This document shows positions 26,596 to 38,899 of a stretch of 64,000 nucleotides of DNA, one piece after another. Below the pieces are notes generated by a model. That model saw only the letters and a program-made list of their open reading frames with translations. It did no database searches and was not told the DNA's origin. Numbering within the stretch: the stretch's first letter is position 1; each line of letters begins with the position of its first letter. Source of the DNA: the human T2T-CHM13v2.0 reference genome, Homo sapiens. The stretch is taken from assembly GCF_009914755.1 (NCBI RefSeq), contig NC_060927.1. One strand, 5' to 3'. The position numbers and the translations under genes are program-made.

Positions 26596-27762
26596 ATTCT
26601 TTTAGAAATAATTCTCAAACAACATGACAGGAAATGAGGGATTTTTTGTTGCTGTTGCTGAATTATTAAGAAACAGTACGTTGGTCTTAATTTTTAAAGC
26701 TGGAAAAATTTCAGTCACTTTATAAGTCCCTGTGATCTCATAGAAATATATATTACTGGAATTGATGTGTGGAAAGAGCACAGTTTGTTTTTACCCCAGC
26801 TGAAAACGTGCAATGACATAATGTAACCCTTTAAGATAACAGAAGCCAGCTGCCCCATTCACATTTAAATATGAGTCACCTTCCAGGGAGACTTGCAAGA
26901 TTCTATGTGCCAAGCTGGAAAAGTAAAAAATTGCCAGCAAGGAGGGAAAGAATAAATTCACAATTGGAAGGAGGTATTACAAGCTAAAGGCCCCACCTAG
27001 CCAATTCCCTCTCAGAGCAGAAAGTGGCATGCTAGTGGCCAGAGAGAAGAACTGCCCCACCGTGGCATTGTGATCTATATTACTGAAACACAGAGGCCTT
27101 GTCACATTTAGAAAATTCTTTCTACTCGATTAAAAATATTTTGCGTTCTGTGTAAATGGCACATTTGCTCAGGTACAAACACAGTCTGCTGCAATGAATT
27201 TCTGAAAAACGCAATATAGTTATTTATGAATTCCTCCATCTCACAACCCCACCCAGGACCTTGGCATTGGGTTGGCCAGCCACTTCCAATGTCTTCCAGT
27301 ACAGCAGAGCAGCTCTCAGAAGAAAACCGAAGGCTATAGGGACAAGAAAAGACAGGCTTGAAATTTCAAATGATGTCTTTGTGAGTGTTTGCTGAGAACC
27401 TATCAGAAAGAAGAGACCTGTATGTGGTGCTTGGGACCAACATTTTAAAAATTAATTACATATGTTAATTGACTTGACACATAGGCAATTAGAAGAAGTT
27501 AAAGGTTAGTTTAAAGGAATGACAGACTGCTAATTAGGATTCCCCTCATGGTTGAATCAGATTTGCTATGGATCTGTCTTGGTCAACTTTCACCTGAATG
27601 ATAATTCAGTGATCAATGATCAGTTGGTTGACTCGAAATCCAGAAGTCACTTTAATTTTGGCAGTTTGGAGAGGCGGAGGCATAGACTAATCCATGTGCC
27701 TGGAAGAAGTCATGCTCACCAGGCACAGCAGTGGGTGCTGTTTTCAAGAATAGAGGCAGACT

Positions 27763-28077
27763 GGCTGGGTGCAATGGCTCACACCTGTAATCGCAACACT
27801 TTGGGAGGCTGAGGCCAGCGGATCACTTGAGGTCAGGAGTTCAAGACCAGCCTGGCCAACATGACAAAACCCCATCTCTACTAAAAATACAAAAATTAGC
27901 CAGGCATGGTGGCACACACCTGTAATCCCAGCTACTTGGGAGGCAGAGGCAGGAGATTGCTTGAACCCAGGAGATGGAGGTTGGAGTGAGCCAAGATTGC
28001 ACCACTGCCCTCCAGCCTGGGCCACAGAGTGATACTCCATCTCAAAAAAAAAAAAAAAAAAAAAAAAAAGAAAAAAA
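27763..28077 (+). mobile_element. AluSx-like SINE
   Basis: Complete dimer with long poly-A; degenerate TSD AAGAATAGAGGCAGA / AAGAATACAGCAGA. Confidence 0.93.
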
Positions 28078-28234
28078 AAGAATACAGCAGATTGTTAGAG
28101 AAGGTAAAATGGGAAGTATAAAGGTGAACTTGAATTTGGCTTTTCAAGAAAATCTTTTGGAGGACAACTTGATAATATGAATCCTACACTTTGACTTCTA
28201 ATTTTATTTCTACCAATTAAACAACATAGTTCAA

Positions 28235-28545
28235 GATGTACATAAGGATTTAACAGGGAAGATGTTCAGAGTAGCATTGTTTAATGAAAGATTGGAAATC
28301 ATATATAAATATTTATTAGGTTGGTGCAAAAAGTAAGTGCGGTTTTTGCCATTCTAATGGCAAAAACCACAATTACTTTTTGCACCAACCTAATAGAATA
28401 GGGGATTGATAAATAAATTATAAACATCCATACAATGAAATATTTCTGTGCTGTTAAAAGGGTTGTTTAGCGTTATATTTATGGACACACGAAGATGGGA
28501 TCTATTTATTGCTATGTGAAAATAAGGTGGTAGATCTGATTTTGG
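28235..28545 (+). mobile_element. Old L1ME-type fragment hosting MADE1
   Basis: AAGATGTTCAGAGTAGCATTGTTT...GGGGATTGATAAATAAATTATAAACATCCATACAATGAAATA. Confidence 0.6.
28316..28393. mobile_element. MADE1 (Hsmar1-derived MITE)
   Basis: TTAGGTTGGTGCAAAAAGTAAGTGCGGTTTTTGCCATT...AATGGCAAAAACCACAATTACTTTTTTGCACCAACCTAA with TA TSDs. Confidence 0.95.
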
Positions 28546-28725
28546 TTATGATTTTATATAACTAGCATCTTTTTGTACAATGTTATTTAGGTTAAAAAAT
28601 TGTAGAGTGTCTCATTAGATCTCTTTCCATTTCTATTAACTTAATAAATTTATGTTGGTGGAGTTCTGACATTTAATTTCTTAGCTTTGTAAAAAGTAAT
28701 ATTTAATTTTATTAAAGAGAATTCA

Positions 28726-29033
28726 GGCTGGTGCAGTGGCTCATGCATTTAATCCCAGCACTTTGGAAGGCTAAGGCAGGAAAATCACTTGAACTCAGGA
28801 GTTCAAGACCAGGCTGGGCAACGTGGAGAGACTGTGTCTTTAGAAAAAAATTAAAAAGTAACCAGGCATGGTGGCATGTGCCTATAGTCCCAGCTACTCA
28901 AGAGGCTGAGGTGAGAGGATCATTTGAGCCCTAGAGTTTGAGGCTGCAGTGAGCTGTGATTGCACCACTGCATGCCAGCCTGGGCAATACAGCGAGGACC
29001 TGTCTCAAAAACAAATAAATAAATAATAAAAAA
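28726..29033 (+). mobile_element. AluJ SINE
   Basis: J-type GAGGATCATTTGAGCCC...GAGGCTGCAGTGAGCTGTGAT; (TAAA)n tail; TSD AGAGAATTCA / AGAGAATTTA. Confidence 0.9.
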
Positions 29034-29562
29034 GAGAGAGAATTTAAAATATATAACCTATTTATTTTCTTAACTCTGTAACTACTTATTCACAAAAAAA
29101 GCAAAAATAAAGTATTACCCACAAGAATATTCCCACTTTGACAATGTCCCCAGAATAATCACAGTCTCTCACATACTCTATGTGGCCAGTCTAATATCAG
29201 TGTGACCCCACTGCAGTGTCAAAAAATATATTTTGCAGGAGTAAATGACGGAGGAGCACTCCCAATCTCCTTGAGCAAAAGCCACCTCATCTCTTCTCTC
29301 CCCTGTTACCTCAGCAGCTTCCTGCAATCATAGAAAAAAATGGGAGAGTAACACATTGTCCACTAGATATATGTGAAGAAGCACTTTATAATTTCAGCAT
29401 TAAATTTTATTTGTACACTGCATGTATGCTACTAAAATAGTAGCAAAAATTGGTCAAATGTGAGATTTGGGGAATGCCATTCCACCTAACATTTGGTGGT
29501 GGTAAGTGGAATTCTGGCATTAATGTTATGTAACATATGCATATTTGCATGTATGTTTAAAT

Positions 29563-29756
29563 CAAGGTTTCTCAGTCTTGGCATGATTGACATGTTGGGC
29601 TGAATAATTCTTCATTGTGAGGGGGTGTTCTGTGCATTGTAGGACGTGTAGCACCTGTGAACAACCAAAAATGCCTCCAGAAATTGCCAAATGTCACCTA
29701 GGAGTTAGAGGTTGGGAGAATGTAGGGACAAAATTGCCCTCATTTGAGAAGCACTG
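29563..29756 (-). mobile_element. MER20 (hAT-Charlie), internally deleted
   Basis: CAAGGTTTCTCAG...CTGTGCATTGTAGGA...ACAACCAAAAATGCCTCCAGAAATTGCCAAATGTC...TTGAGAAGCACTG. Confidence 0.85.
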
Positions 29757-29984
29757 GCTTAGATTGATATATATGTATTCCAACGTTAATGCGTATTATT
29801 TCAGGGTGGCAAGAACGTGAATGATGTCCCCTTTTCTTTCTGCTTCTCTTGTTCTACTTTATACATCTTGACTTGTGTTTCTTGTATATTAAAGAAAAAA
29901 GTCAAAAGACAAAAAATGCGTAATAAGCCTATCAGTGCTCTGAAAAGCAGAGCATACAGTGCTGTCACTCATGGTCCTTGCAGT

Positions 29985-30200
29985 TGCATAGTGCTTTGGA
30001 ATTTGCAGTTCCCTTCACATATGCTTATCATCCTTTTGGAGCATTCATATCCTGGGAAATAGGTGGATATGGATTATTACTTTTCTTCTTTACAGGGAGA
30101 AATGCTGAAGTCTAGATCAAAGTCATTGTAGTGGTTAAATAGCAGAAGTTGCACTAGAGCTGCAGCTTCTTGACTCTTGAATTACATTAACCACTGCTCA
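29985..30200 (-). mobile_element. MIR SINE (degenerate)
   Basis: GTGCTTTGGAATTTGCAG...TTTACAGGGAGAAATGCTGAAGTCTAGA. Confidence 0.5.
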
Positions 30201-31577
30201 CTGATAGGGAGCCTGTAGCCTTTTCCATGCATTACATGTAGGCATGGCTCTGAGCTGTGTTTGCCCTAGGGGCTTGTGTGCATATCACTGTGATCATGAA
30301 GACTTGTCAATGGGGCAATTGAACTAACACATAGAAAAGAGATCAGAAAGGCAAGGCATTCCCCTGTTAAAGATGAGAGCCACTAGTGGTGAGGTCTCAG
30401 ATGGGTGACTCATTTCCTTGACTGAGCTCCCACATAGAGTCCCAAGCCATTCTGAGGTTTTCAACACACAAGGAGACTGACACGTGCTAATTTTGTAAGA
30501 TACTGTCTGTGAAATATTTTATGCACTCAGTTTTTCTGTCCTGGATGCATATATATTTTGAGGAATTTTAATGGAATTAGTTCAGTTAATTCCCAGGGAA
30601 ACAGACCCTTCCAGGTTTCCCATTATACTACATATCTGGGGGTCTTTCTTTTTTTCACTGGTGCATTTCCTATGGAACTATTAACACTGCTGGGAATTAT
30701 GCATGTGCATTGACAGGTGGATATACCCACATGTTGGGAATTTAATTTCTCAGTCTATGTATGTCTTGGATAAGGTACAGTAATTATTATTATCCATTAA
30801 TACTAGAATGCACAAAAATACTCTGAGAAGTAAATATTTAATATTTCACACTCATTGCCTTTTTTTTAAATTTACTGTGTGCATAACAAGCAAATTGTAC
30901 ACTTTGTCTTCCTGCAGTCTTAAAATTAAGCTCTTTTACTTTTGAATAACAACTGGTTGGCAAACACTTACCATTTAATTTTCTTACGTTGAGTATGAAG
31001 CATTCCAGCATATCTGCAAAGTAGTCAACATATAGATATAGGTGAGTGTAAGAAATCTTGCTTTAGATTTTAATTTTAGTTTTAATTTTAAGAGCATTAA
31101 TATCTTGCCCCAGTGACTACACTTTTAATTTAACCTGCTGTACTCGCATTCTCACATTTCAAAACTGACAAGTGAATGGGGAGGGAGGGAAGGCTTTATG
31201 TAGTGTTGAACTTGGCATAACTCCTTTAAAAGCAGTAATACCCATCTCTGGATCTTGGAATGCACAGCAAGGAAGAGAGCCCAGCACATAATTTGGTTCT
31301 CCAAATAATTCCTGAACTAATCAAAGAAATCTGTACCTCATAACGCCTCCATTCCTCCTCTTGGATCCTGTGTCTGTTGACTTTGCATCCTCTCTTGTTC
31401 GGTCCTTGGTTTGACCTTCAAATCTGACCATTTGTCTTTAGGGTTGTGACATTCTTTTCTATCTGTGACTTACTCAAGTCTAGCAGGCTAAACTTGACCA
31501 TGGTCACCATGTATAACATTAACCCCCAAAGTTAAAGGATGAGTTTCTATCATCCAAAATTCCTCTTAGCTTAGATT

Positions 31578-32250
31578 CAGCATTGCAAACTCTGTTCTGT
31601 CCAAGAGCCAGGCAGGCAATGTTGACTGGTGGAGCGGGCAGTGGGCAGGACAACATGGAGTGATGAGGACTGTGGTCAGCTAGAAAAAGTTCGGGACTAA
31701 TCTCAACAGGGAAGTAGCTGCTTCATCCCTGCTCAATGTTGCTATTTAGAAATGTGTACCTAGACTTGCCAGATCTTTTTAATTTTTCAGGAGAAGTCAG
31801 AAATTTAGACTTCTGGCTGAAATATCTTGATTTTCAAATGTAGCATAAAATTTCTAATTTTTAAAAACACCATGCATATCAATTACAGAAATTTGAAATG
31901 CTATTTGATGATGTCAAGGAATTATTATTAAATTTTGGTGTGATCTTGATCTTGAAACTGTAGTTGTTTTTTTAAATGTCCTTATATTTTAGAAATATTA
32001 ACTGCAATCTTAACAGATGACTGATGCAACATTTGAGATTTGCTTCAAAATGATCCAAGGGTTGGGGTGAAGAAGAGGATATAAATGAAACAAACAAGGC
32101 TGGCCAATAGGTTGATAATTATCAAAGCTGGATGATGGAGGAATATATACATATTTAAATTTGTATATGTTTGAAGTTTCCATAATAAAGAATTTTAAAA
32201 AACCATGGCCACAGGCCAGATTTGACTTCAAGCTACTAGAGTTGTCTCTG
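31578..32250. mobile_element. MER102 (hAT-Charlie), interrupted by L1MC
   Basis: CAGCATTGCAAACT...TTGCCAGATCTTTTTAATTTTTCAGGAGAAGTCAGAAAT...; terminal CACAGGCCAGATTTGAC...TCTCTG follows the L1 insert. Confidence 0.75.
31880..32202 (+). mobile_element. L1MC4/5-type 3' end
   Basis: GATTTGCTTCAAAATGATCC...GTTGATAATTATCAAAGCTGGATGATGG...TTTGTATATGTTTGAAGTTTCCATAATAAA. Confidence 0.75.
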
Positions 32251-33144
32251 ATCCATGAATTTGTCTATACACATCCCAATCTACTTATATTTTTAATCTG
32301 TACTATATTTGGTTGTAGTATTTTTAAAAGTTTATCATAAATGTACCACTCTAAGGCTATGAGAGCTGTCCCTTATTTCACAATTCGTGAACTTTTTTGA
32401 ACAAGTGCATGTTCATCCCATTTACTTTGTACATTTTTAAACCTCCAATGATATTTCCCCTGAGCTTTCATCCTTCCGGAAGAATTTATTATTCTCTCCT
32501 TATATAAAAGTTCTCAAATTTATCGACATGCATTTCAGAGGCTTTCCGTTGAACTTATCTTATGTGACCCATTGTGTCTTTTCTAAGGCATGTGGAATTT
32601 TGCATAAATTCTAAATAATGTGTTGTTGTATGTTGGAAAAAGGAGAGATTAATTTCCCTTTCAATTATTGTCACCTTGTTACCTATTTCTCCTTCCTTTT
32701 CTTTCAGGATCTGAACCATCCTATTTATTCCTTCCTCTTTGGACTTTGAGCTCTTTGAGGACAATTGTAGTGTGCCATCTTAGTGCCTAGCCAATACCTA
32801 CCTCATAAATAGCCTTTCATTTACTCAGAGATATTTATGAAGCCCCTTACTTCTTCCCACTCCTTCAACTCCACTCCTTTCTTGCCAAAAGTGTTGTCTC
32901 ACTCTCTGAAAGAAGAGAGCAATATTTCAGTGATCCTTTGGGCAATTTCTGTTTTCTTTCCAGGATCACTGCAGACTGAGCCAGAGCCCCATTTATAGAT
33001 TAATCTTGACACCTTTCTTTCTTTCCCATTCTTTTCCTTCTTGTCACACCTCAAAGTTAGAGACAAAGGGCTTCTTGGAATTCCTTTTGATTTTTACTAA
33101 TCTCAAATTTGATAGCCATCACCATGTGATTGTCCATCTGGCCT

Positions 33145-33260
33145 TCCTTTGCTCCTTTATTCAACAAAGATTTACTGGGCACATATTATGTGTCAGTCAC
33201 TATGTGTCTATTATCAAGGATCTCTTGGTAAACAAAACAGACAAAAAGTCTTTTCATAAA
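33145..33260 (-). mobile_element. L2 3' tail
   Basis: TTTATTCAACAAAGATTTACTGGGCACATATTATGTGTCAG...AAACAAAACAGACAAAA. Confidence 0.65.
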
Positions 33261-33458
33261 TAAATGAAGAGGATGAGTAAGAGGATTTCAACAACAGAAG
33301 GAAAGACTTACGAGCTTCTTAAGAACTGTATCTGTTCATCAACCGTTCGGCTACCTTTCAGGTTTTCTAGTTTTGTTTTCTTTTTGTACATAGTTATTTA
33401 GAAACAACCTGTCCCCTTTTCCAATTTTCATGACCCATTTAATGTTTTACATATTGTT

Positions 33459-33478
33459 TCTCTCTCTCTCTCTCTCTC
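33459..33478. repeat. (TC)10 microsatellite
   Basis: Seen directly. Confidence 0.9.
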
Positions 33479-34566
33479 CCCCTCTCTTCACTAAAGCTTT
33501 TCTTGGAAATACACTATCGAGGTGGAAAGTGATTTAACAAAGTAAAGTTAAATAATATTAAAACTCATAGTGTATCTATTAAAATGTTTATATTTCACAT
33601 CTAACACTTCTTATTACATGTTAAAATACAGTGGTATTTAAATTAACAAAAGATTCTTACTCATGCTACAAGATAAACAGCCCTAATCCAGATACTCTTT
33701 CCACTGTATTAGGCAGTGTTCAGTCCTTATCAGTTGCATATATTTTTCCTATGACAGGAGGCCATATTTTGATGCCAAAGTTAAGTAGTGCTATATTGAA
33801 AAAAAGCCTAATCTATATAAATGAACTAGTTTAAAAATATGACGGCATTTAGTCAACTAATCAGCTATGAAAATAGCTGCAACCAGAGAAAACATTTATC
33901 TGTAGGAAGTATCTAATCTATTTGTGTCCCAAAGAAGGCAGGCAGGAATGTATGGATGTGATAGTTAGCCAAAGAGACTGTGCAAAGAGAAAAAGAAATA
34001 GTTTCTTAATACTCCTACTAAATTACATTCAGAGCACTTCCTTTCTATTACTTTGTCACCACATGACCTTGCCCAATTTTAGTCAAGTCAGAATGCAAAA
34101 TAAGTTTCGTGGATAATTTTGTTATTGGGGAAAGGGGGTTAAAAATGATATTCTTTAAATATGCCCTTCTTTTCTATCTTACCCCCTTCCCTCTCTACTT
34201 TTGAATGCGTATCTTCTTTTGAAAGTTACCAGATCTTCAAAGGGTACAGTATTTTTAATTCATTTTAAAAGAATGTTTCTATATACATTTTTTAAATTTT
34301 GGATTATTCTCGTGGGACTAACACAACACTGAAAATTTGGCATCTGCAAGCATAATTCAATGAAGAATTGTCTTTGCCTTGTTTGAGGACATTTAGTTTT
34401 GAAATAACAGCATTAGAATCTTTTGAAAATAACAGAACATGAACAGAAAATTATTTCCCTTGGAAAAAACTGTAGCTAATTTTTCCTTTGGCTGATTTGC
34501 TGCTGAAATCACACATTCGTATAAATGCCAAGCTATACATATGCATATACATATGTATATGGATGA

Positions 34567-34590
34567 GTGTGTGTGTGTGTGTGTGTGTGT
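34567..34590. repeat. (GT)12 microsatellite
   Basis: Seen directly. Confidence 0.92.
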
Positions 34591-35649
34591 AAAATTCCAC
34601 TCTACAATCATGCTATAAATTGGAGAATTTGTCTTTTTAAACTAACACTCATTCATATACAGGTCAGGAAGTATTGCAGAATGTTGGTGTTGCTAACACA
34701 TTTCATCCAAGATTTCAATTAATCAAGTTTTACAATTCCCCCATGCAGTGGGCAAACACTGTCATTTTCTCAGCTTTATTAATGGGAAATTTGAGTGGAA
34801 AATCCTGTTCCAGGTCAAACAAAATCCAGGTCCTCAGAGCCAAAGAGAAAGGGAAACTTGAGATATCTATTTGATATTTCAGTTGAAAACAAGTATTTGT
34901 TGAGTGAATGAAATATACCTATTAACAAAAAAGGTTTTGGGATCTGAATTAGTCAAAATATCTCTTCATTTTTTTCCTTTTGAGAAGAACGCCATCTAAA
35001 CTGTGAATTTAACTGAACTTCATTCAGCCTCAAGAAAGTTGATGAGGAAGAACCAGATACACATACATAAATGTAGGCAGTTGAGGCTTGCATTGCACAG
35101 GGGTTGCAAGTGAGACAGAGGTAAACAGTTCTCACAATCCAGTTTGCTGAATGCAAAAGGATCCTGCCATCATGAATTAGAATGGGCACTGACCTCCTTA
35201 GCATAAAGCTGCATTTCTGCTTGACTTTACTTTGAACCTGCAGTTAAAAGTTTGTCTTAGTTTGGATGCGGTAAAAGTTCCAGCTGATTCAGAACAGATT
35301 TGGGTATTCCAGACAGAATCACCAGATCTAACAAAAAGGTCTTCTAAAAATTCAAAGGGGTTTCATGAAGCTATGGGGAAAATTTCAGGTTTATATACTT
35401 TGAAGTATAATGTATGTCCTGGACCCAGTTCTAGTCTCAGTCCATAAAAACCCTGTGCTGGCTTTGTAGCCACAGTACTGAGGAGAAGTAAGAATTTTGT
35501 TTAGATGGATGTTGGGCAATTGATACCATTCTCATTTAACTTGCTGATAATTGCAGTTATAAAATGGGTCAGCCCCAGCAACCATTCTTGTCCAAAGTTC
35601 TTTTATAATTACATTGTCTTGTTTGTTCCTCTATAATAGGAGGCCTGCA

Positions 35650-36010
35650 ATTGATCACTTGCTACTTACCAGTGACTGTATATACCATCATATAAATCTC
35701 AAAATAGATAGGTTCTATTCTAATTTTACAGTTTAACAAATCAAGTCAGAGAGATTAAATAATTGACTAAGGACACACAGCTACCATGAAGTGGAATTCA
35801 GATTTGTATCTAGTTTGTAGGATCCCAAGCCCTAAGCCTATAGGAACTATCACTACTCTTGTCAGCGGGAAGGTATTAATATACCCGTTTTATAGGTTGA
35901 GGAAATCAGGGAGGCTAGTTGACCTGTTTAAGTTCATAAGAAGTTAGTTCCAGAGCCTGGGCTATATCTGGTCTCTATTTTTTCTAACAAGGAGCTCGTT
36001 CTACCAGACC
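35650..36010 (-). mobile_element. Two adjacent MIR fragments
   Basis: AGAGAGATTAAATAATTGACTAAGGACACACAGCT and CCCGTTTTATAGGTTGAGGAAATCAGG cores. Confidence 0.55.
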
Positions 36011-36200
36011 CCAGACTTGTAGGATGATAGAAGTATGTGCTGGCTAGAAGAGCTTTATATGTATTATTTGTAAAGTGACATGTTTATTGTAAAATAAATA
36101 ATAATTCAACCTAAATCAATAGAAATTTAATTTTAAATCAGAGGACGAGAACATTAGGTAAGCATTTTAGATAGAGATCATAAATTCAAAATTTAGTTCC

Positions 36201-36688
36201 TGTAGTAGCCAGGGTTATTCAGATAAAAAGAACCAATGGGATATATAGATATATAGAAGGAGATTGATATGAGAGATTGGCTTACACAATTATGGGAGTT
36301 GAGAATTCCCATGATCTGCCATCTGCAAGATGAAGGCCCAGGAAAGCTGATAGTGTAGTTCTAGCCCAATCCCCAAAGACAGAGAACCAGGGGGAACTAA
36401 TCATGTAAGTCCCAATCTGAGTTCAAACACCTGAAAGTCAGGAGCACTGGTGTTTGGAAGTGGGAGAAGATAAATATAGTGGCTTGAAAAGAGAGAGCAA
36501 ATTTATCCTTTTGTTCTATTCAGGCCCTCAGTGGATTGGATGAGTCTGTCCACATTGGTGAGGACAGTCTGATTCAAATGCTAATCTCATCTGGAAACAC
36601 ACTCACAGACACACCAGAAATAATATTTTACCAGCTATCTGAGCATCCCTTAGCCCAGTCAACTTGACACATAAAATTAACCCCCCCA
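36201..36688 (-). mobile_element. MLT2B-type (ERVL) solo LTR
   Basis: TGTAGTAGCCAGGGTT...AGAACCAATGGGAT...GATTCAAATGCTAATCTCATCTGGAAACAC...CAGTCAACTTGACACATAAAATTAAC. Confidence 0.88.
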
Positions 36689-36744
36689 GTTGGCAAGTTA
36701 AATTGGCTATGGGGGACTTTCTAGCTGTTTTAGTGAATGACACC

Positions 36745-37290
36745 AGCATTTATTCATTTGTCTTACAAATATTTAGAATCATGTACTAAATGTTCACTGT
36801 TAAGGGTAATAATAAAAAGTTGAAGAAGACAGACTGTCTTGAAGATCCTGAGTGTTATTGGTGATAAAGATCTGATATACAGGAATCATGGATAACAAAA
36901 ATCTACGAAGTGCTGTAGAATGTATGAAAAAAGAAAGACCTTTGTCAGTTGATGTTAGTGAAGGACTCTTCAGGGAGATTGTTGATCTTGAGCTATGTCT
37001 TAAAGGAAGAAGAAAATTGGGATTTGTTGAGAATTAGATGCAGGAGAATCACTCTGTTAGTGCAAGACTTACTTATTGCTGGAATATTGAGTGCCCACTT
37101 CATGCCAGGCACTGTGCTAGTTGCTGGGGACGTGGCTATGACAAGGACAGAATACATTCCCTTATGGAGTGTTTGGCCTAGAGGGAAACCAACAGTTAAA
37201 CAAGGAATTATTATAAAGTCTGTGCTGTGAGAGCTTGGAGAAGGGGAACTTGACCAGCAGGAGAGTCTGGGAGGCAAAACCTCCCAGGGG
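36745..37290 (-). mobile_element. L2 fragments
   Basis: ATTTATTCATTTG...; ATATTGAGTGCCCACTTCATGCCAGGCACTGTGCTAGTTGCTGGGGA. Confidence 0.65.
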
Positions 37291-37528
37291 AAGTGCTATT
37301 TTCTCTAATAAATATGAAAAAGTCAAAAGATGCACTGACTATGGTCATAGGCACTATAATTCATATACAATAACTTTTAGTCAGGAACCAATTTTTATTT
37401 TCCTCTGCCATTCCACCATTTCTGAGCAAACTTTTCTGCTATCTATTGATAGATACTTAGGCTTCAAATTAATTTGAAGGTTATCCTGGGGAAAATATTA
37501 TGATGGCTTATTATTTCCATCACCTCCT

Positions 37529-37674
37529 ATTTGCTGTCACAACTTGGGGGGAGATGCTACTGGCATCTGGTAGGCAGAGGCCAGGGATGCTGTTAAACAT
37601 CCTACAATGCACAGGACAGTCCCCACAGCAAAGAATGATCTGGCCCAACATGTCAATAGTGCTTCAGTACCCTG
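37529..37674 (+). mobile_element. MER20, 3' half
   Basis: GTCACAACTTGGGGGGAGATGCTACTGGCATCT...AGAGGCCAGGGATGCTGTTAAACATCCTACAATGCACAGGACAG. Confidence 0.9.
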
Positions 37675-37739
37675 ATCTAGACATAGAAAAACTTGGACTG
37701 AGTTTGGGAATCTGAGCAGTCCATATTAGCAAAGCTTAG

Positions 37740-38225
37740 AATATGTACATATGAAAGGGAATAATGGGTTAGACAGGCCATACTGTAGAGGGTCATGGAT
37801 GTAGGTCAGTGGAAGTCTGTACTTAAGTAGTGGAGAAAAGATGAGAGGAAGAGGGAGTGAGTGGGAGTGGAAAATTATCTGGATATTTTAGATTGGAAGT
37901 CGTGAGAGCTTAAACTGGAGACGATGCCAATGAAAATGGAGGAAAAAGGATGTATGCCAAGATGCAGACATCCATGCATAAAAGGATGTATATCCTGACT
38001 TCAGGAGGAGAGGGAAGGCCATTCCAAAGGTGGTAGCTTTGGCAGTGGTGCTGCCATTCATGAGTAATAGACAAGGCAGGAAGAGGGATTTGGGGGAGAA
38101 AAATGAATTTGGGTTTGCGTGTGTTGTGGTTGAGATACCGACAGGACCTCCAGTTGGGACTGCCTAGCAGGCGAATGCAACTGTGAGTCAGGAGCTCAGA
38201 GCCATGACCAAGTCTAGGGACCATG
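37740..38225 (-). mobile_element. L2 LINE fragment
   Basis: GCTGCCATTCATGAG...GAGGGATTTGGGGGAGAAAAATGAATTTGGGTTTG...GTTGAGATACC. Confidence 0.6.
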
Positions 38226-38245
38226 CTAACATCTTTGTTCTAAGC

Positions 38246-38593
38246 CAGAGGTCCTAAATTGGCAACCTGTGGGCCCCATCTGGACTACAGATGTGTTTTG
38301 TTTGGCCTGCGTAATGTTTAAAAAATCTTTAAGATTTGTAACAACATACACATCGAGAGACTGCATATAAAAACCCATCTTTTCTGCTTGTCTTGAAATA
38401 TCAGAGCATCTGGCAATTCTGGGTTCTCGTTTCTGCATGGGCAAAGCCTGAGCTGAGGCTTGGCTGCCCACTTTCCACAGGGCATGATGTCTCCAGTTTG
38501 CCTCAATCCCCACCATGCCCTGTTAAATGTCACCTGGCCAGCCCACCTCCCAAGTTTACTTTACCTGCCTAAAATTTGCGTTTGCAACGCCTG
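38246..38593. mobile_element. MER102, full length, opposite orientation to the 31578 copy
   Basis: CAGAGGTCCTAAATTGGC...CAGATGTGTTTTGTTTGGCCTGC...TTTGCAACGCCTG. Confidence 0.8.
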
Positions 38594-38899
38594 GGTTAGG
38601 TTATGACTGTATCAGATGCTAGCTCCCTCCGCATCTACCCACGGCTACATTCATTCCCCTTGTGTCTCCTCAAGTGTGCCTTATGCCTTCAGCATCTCTG
38701 GTTACCCTCTCAGGGTTTTCTTTTGCTGTAGATATGCACAGGTCTCTTGTCACTTGCAACAGCTTCACTTGATTCTGCCATCTCCCAAGTTCTTTTTTCC
38801 TTTGACTCATTCATTTTGTTGAATGAATAAATGATTCTATGTGTAAACAAACCAGCTGCTTACACTTATGTCTTTGGAACCCCCAGACTCCCATTCGTT

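Noticed and set aside
32685-32965. Strong 3' splice-site-like sequences at 32707 and 32963
   Set aside because: No convincing downstream donor; the first leads into an L2 remnant
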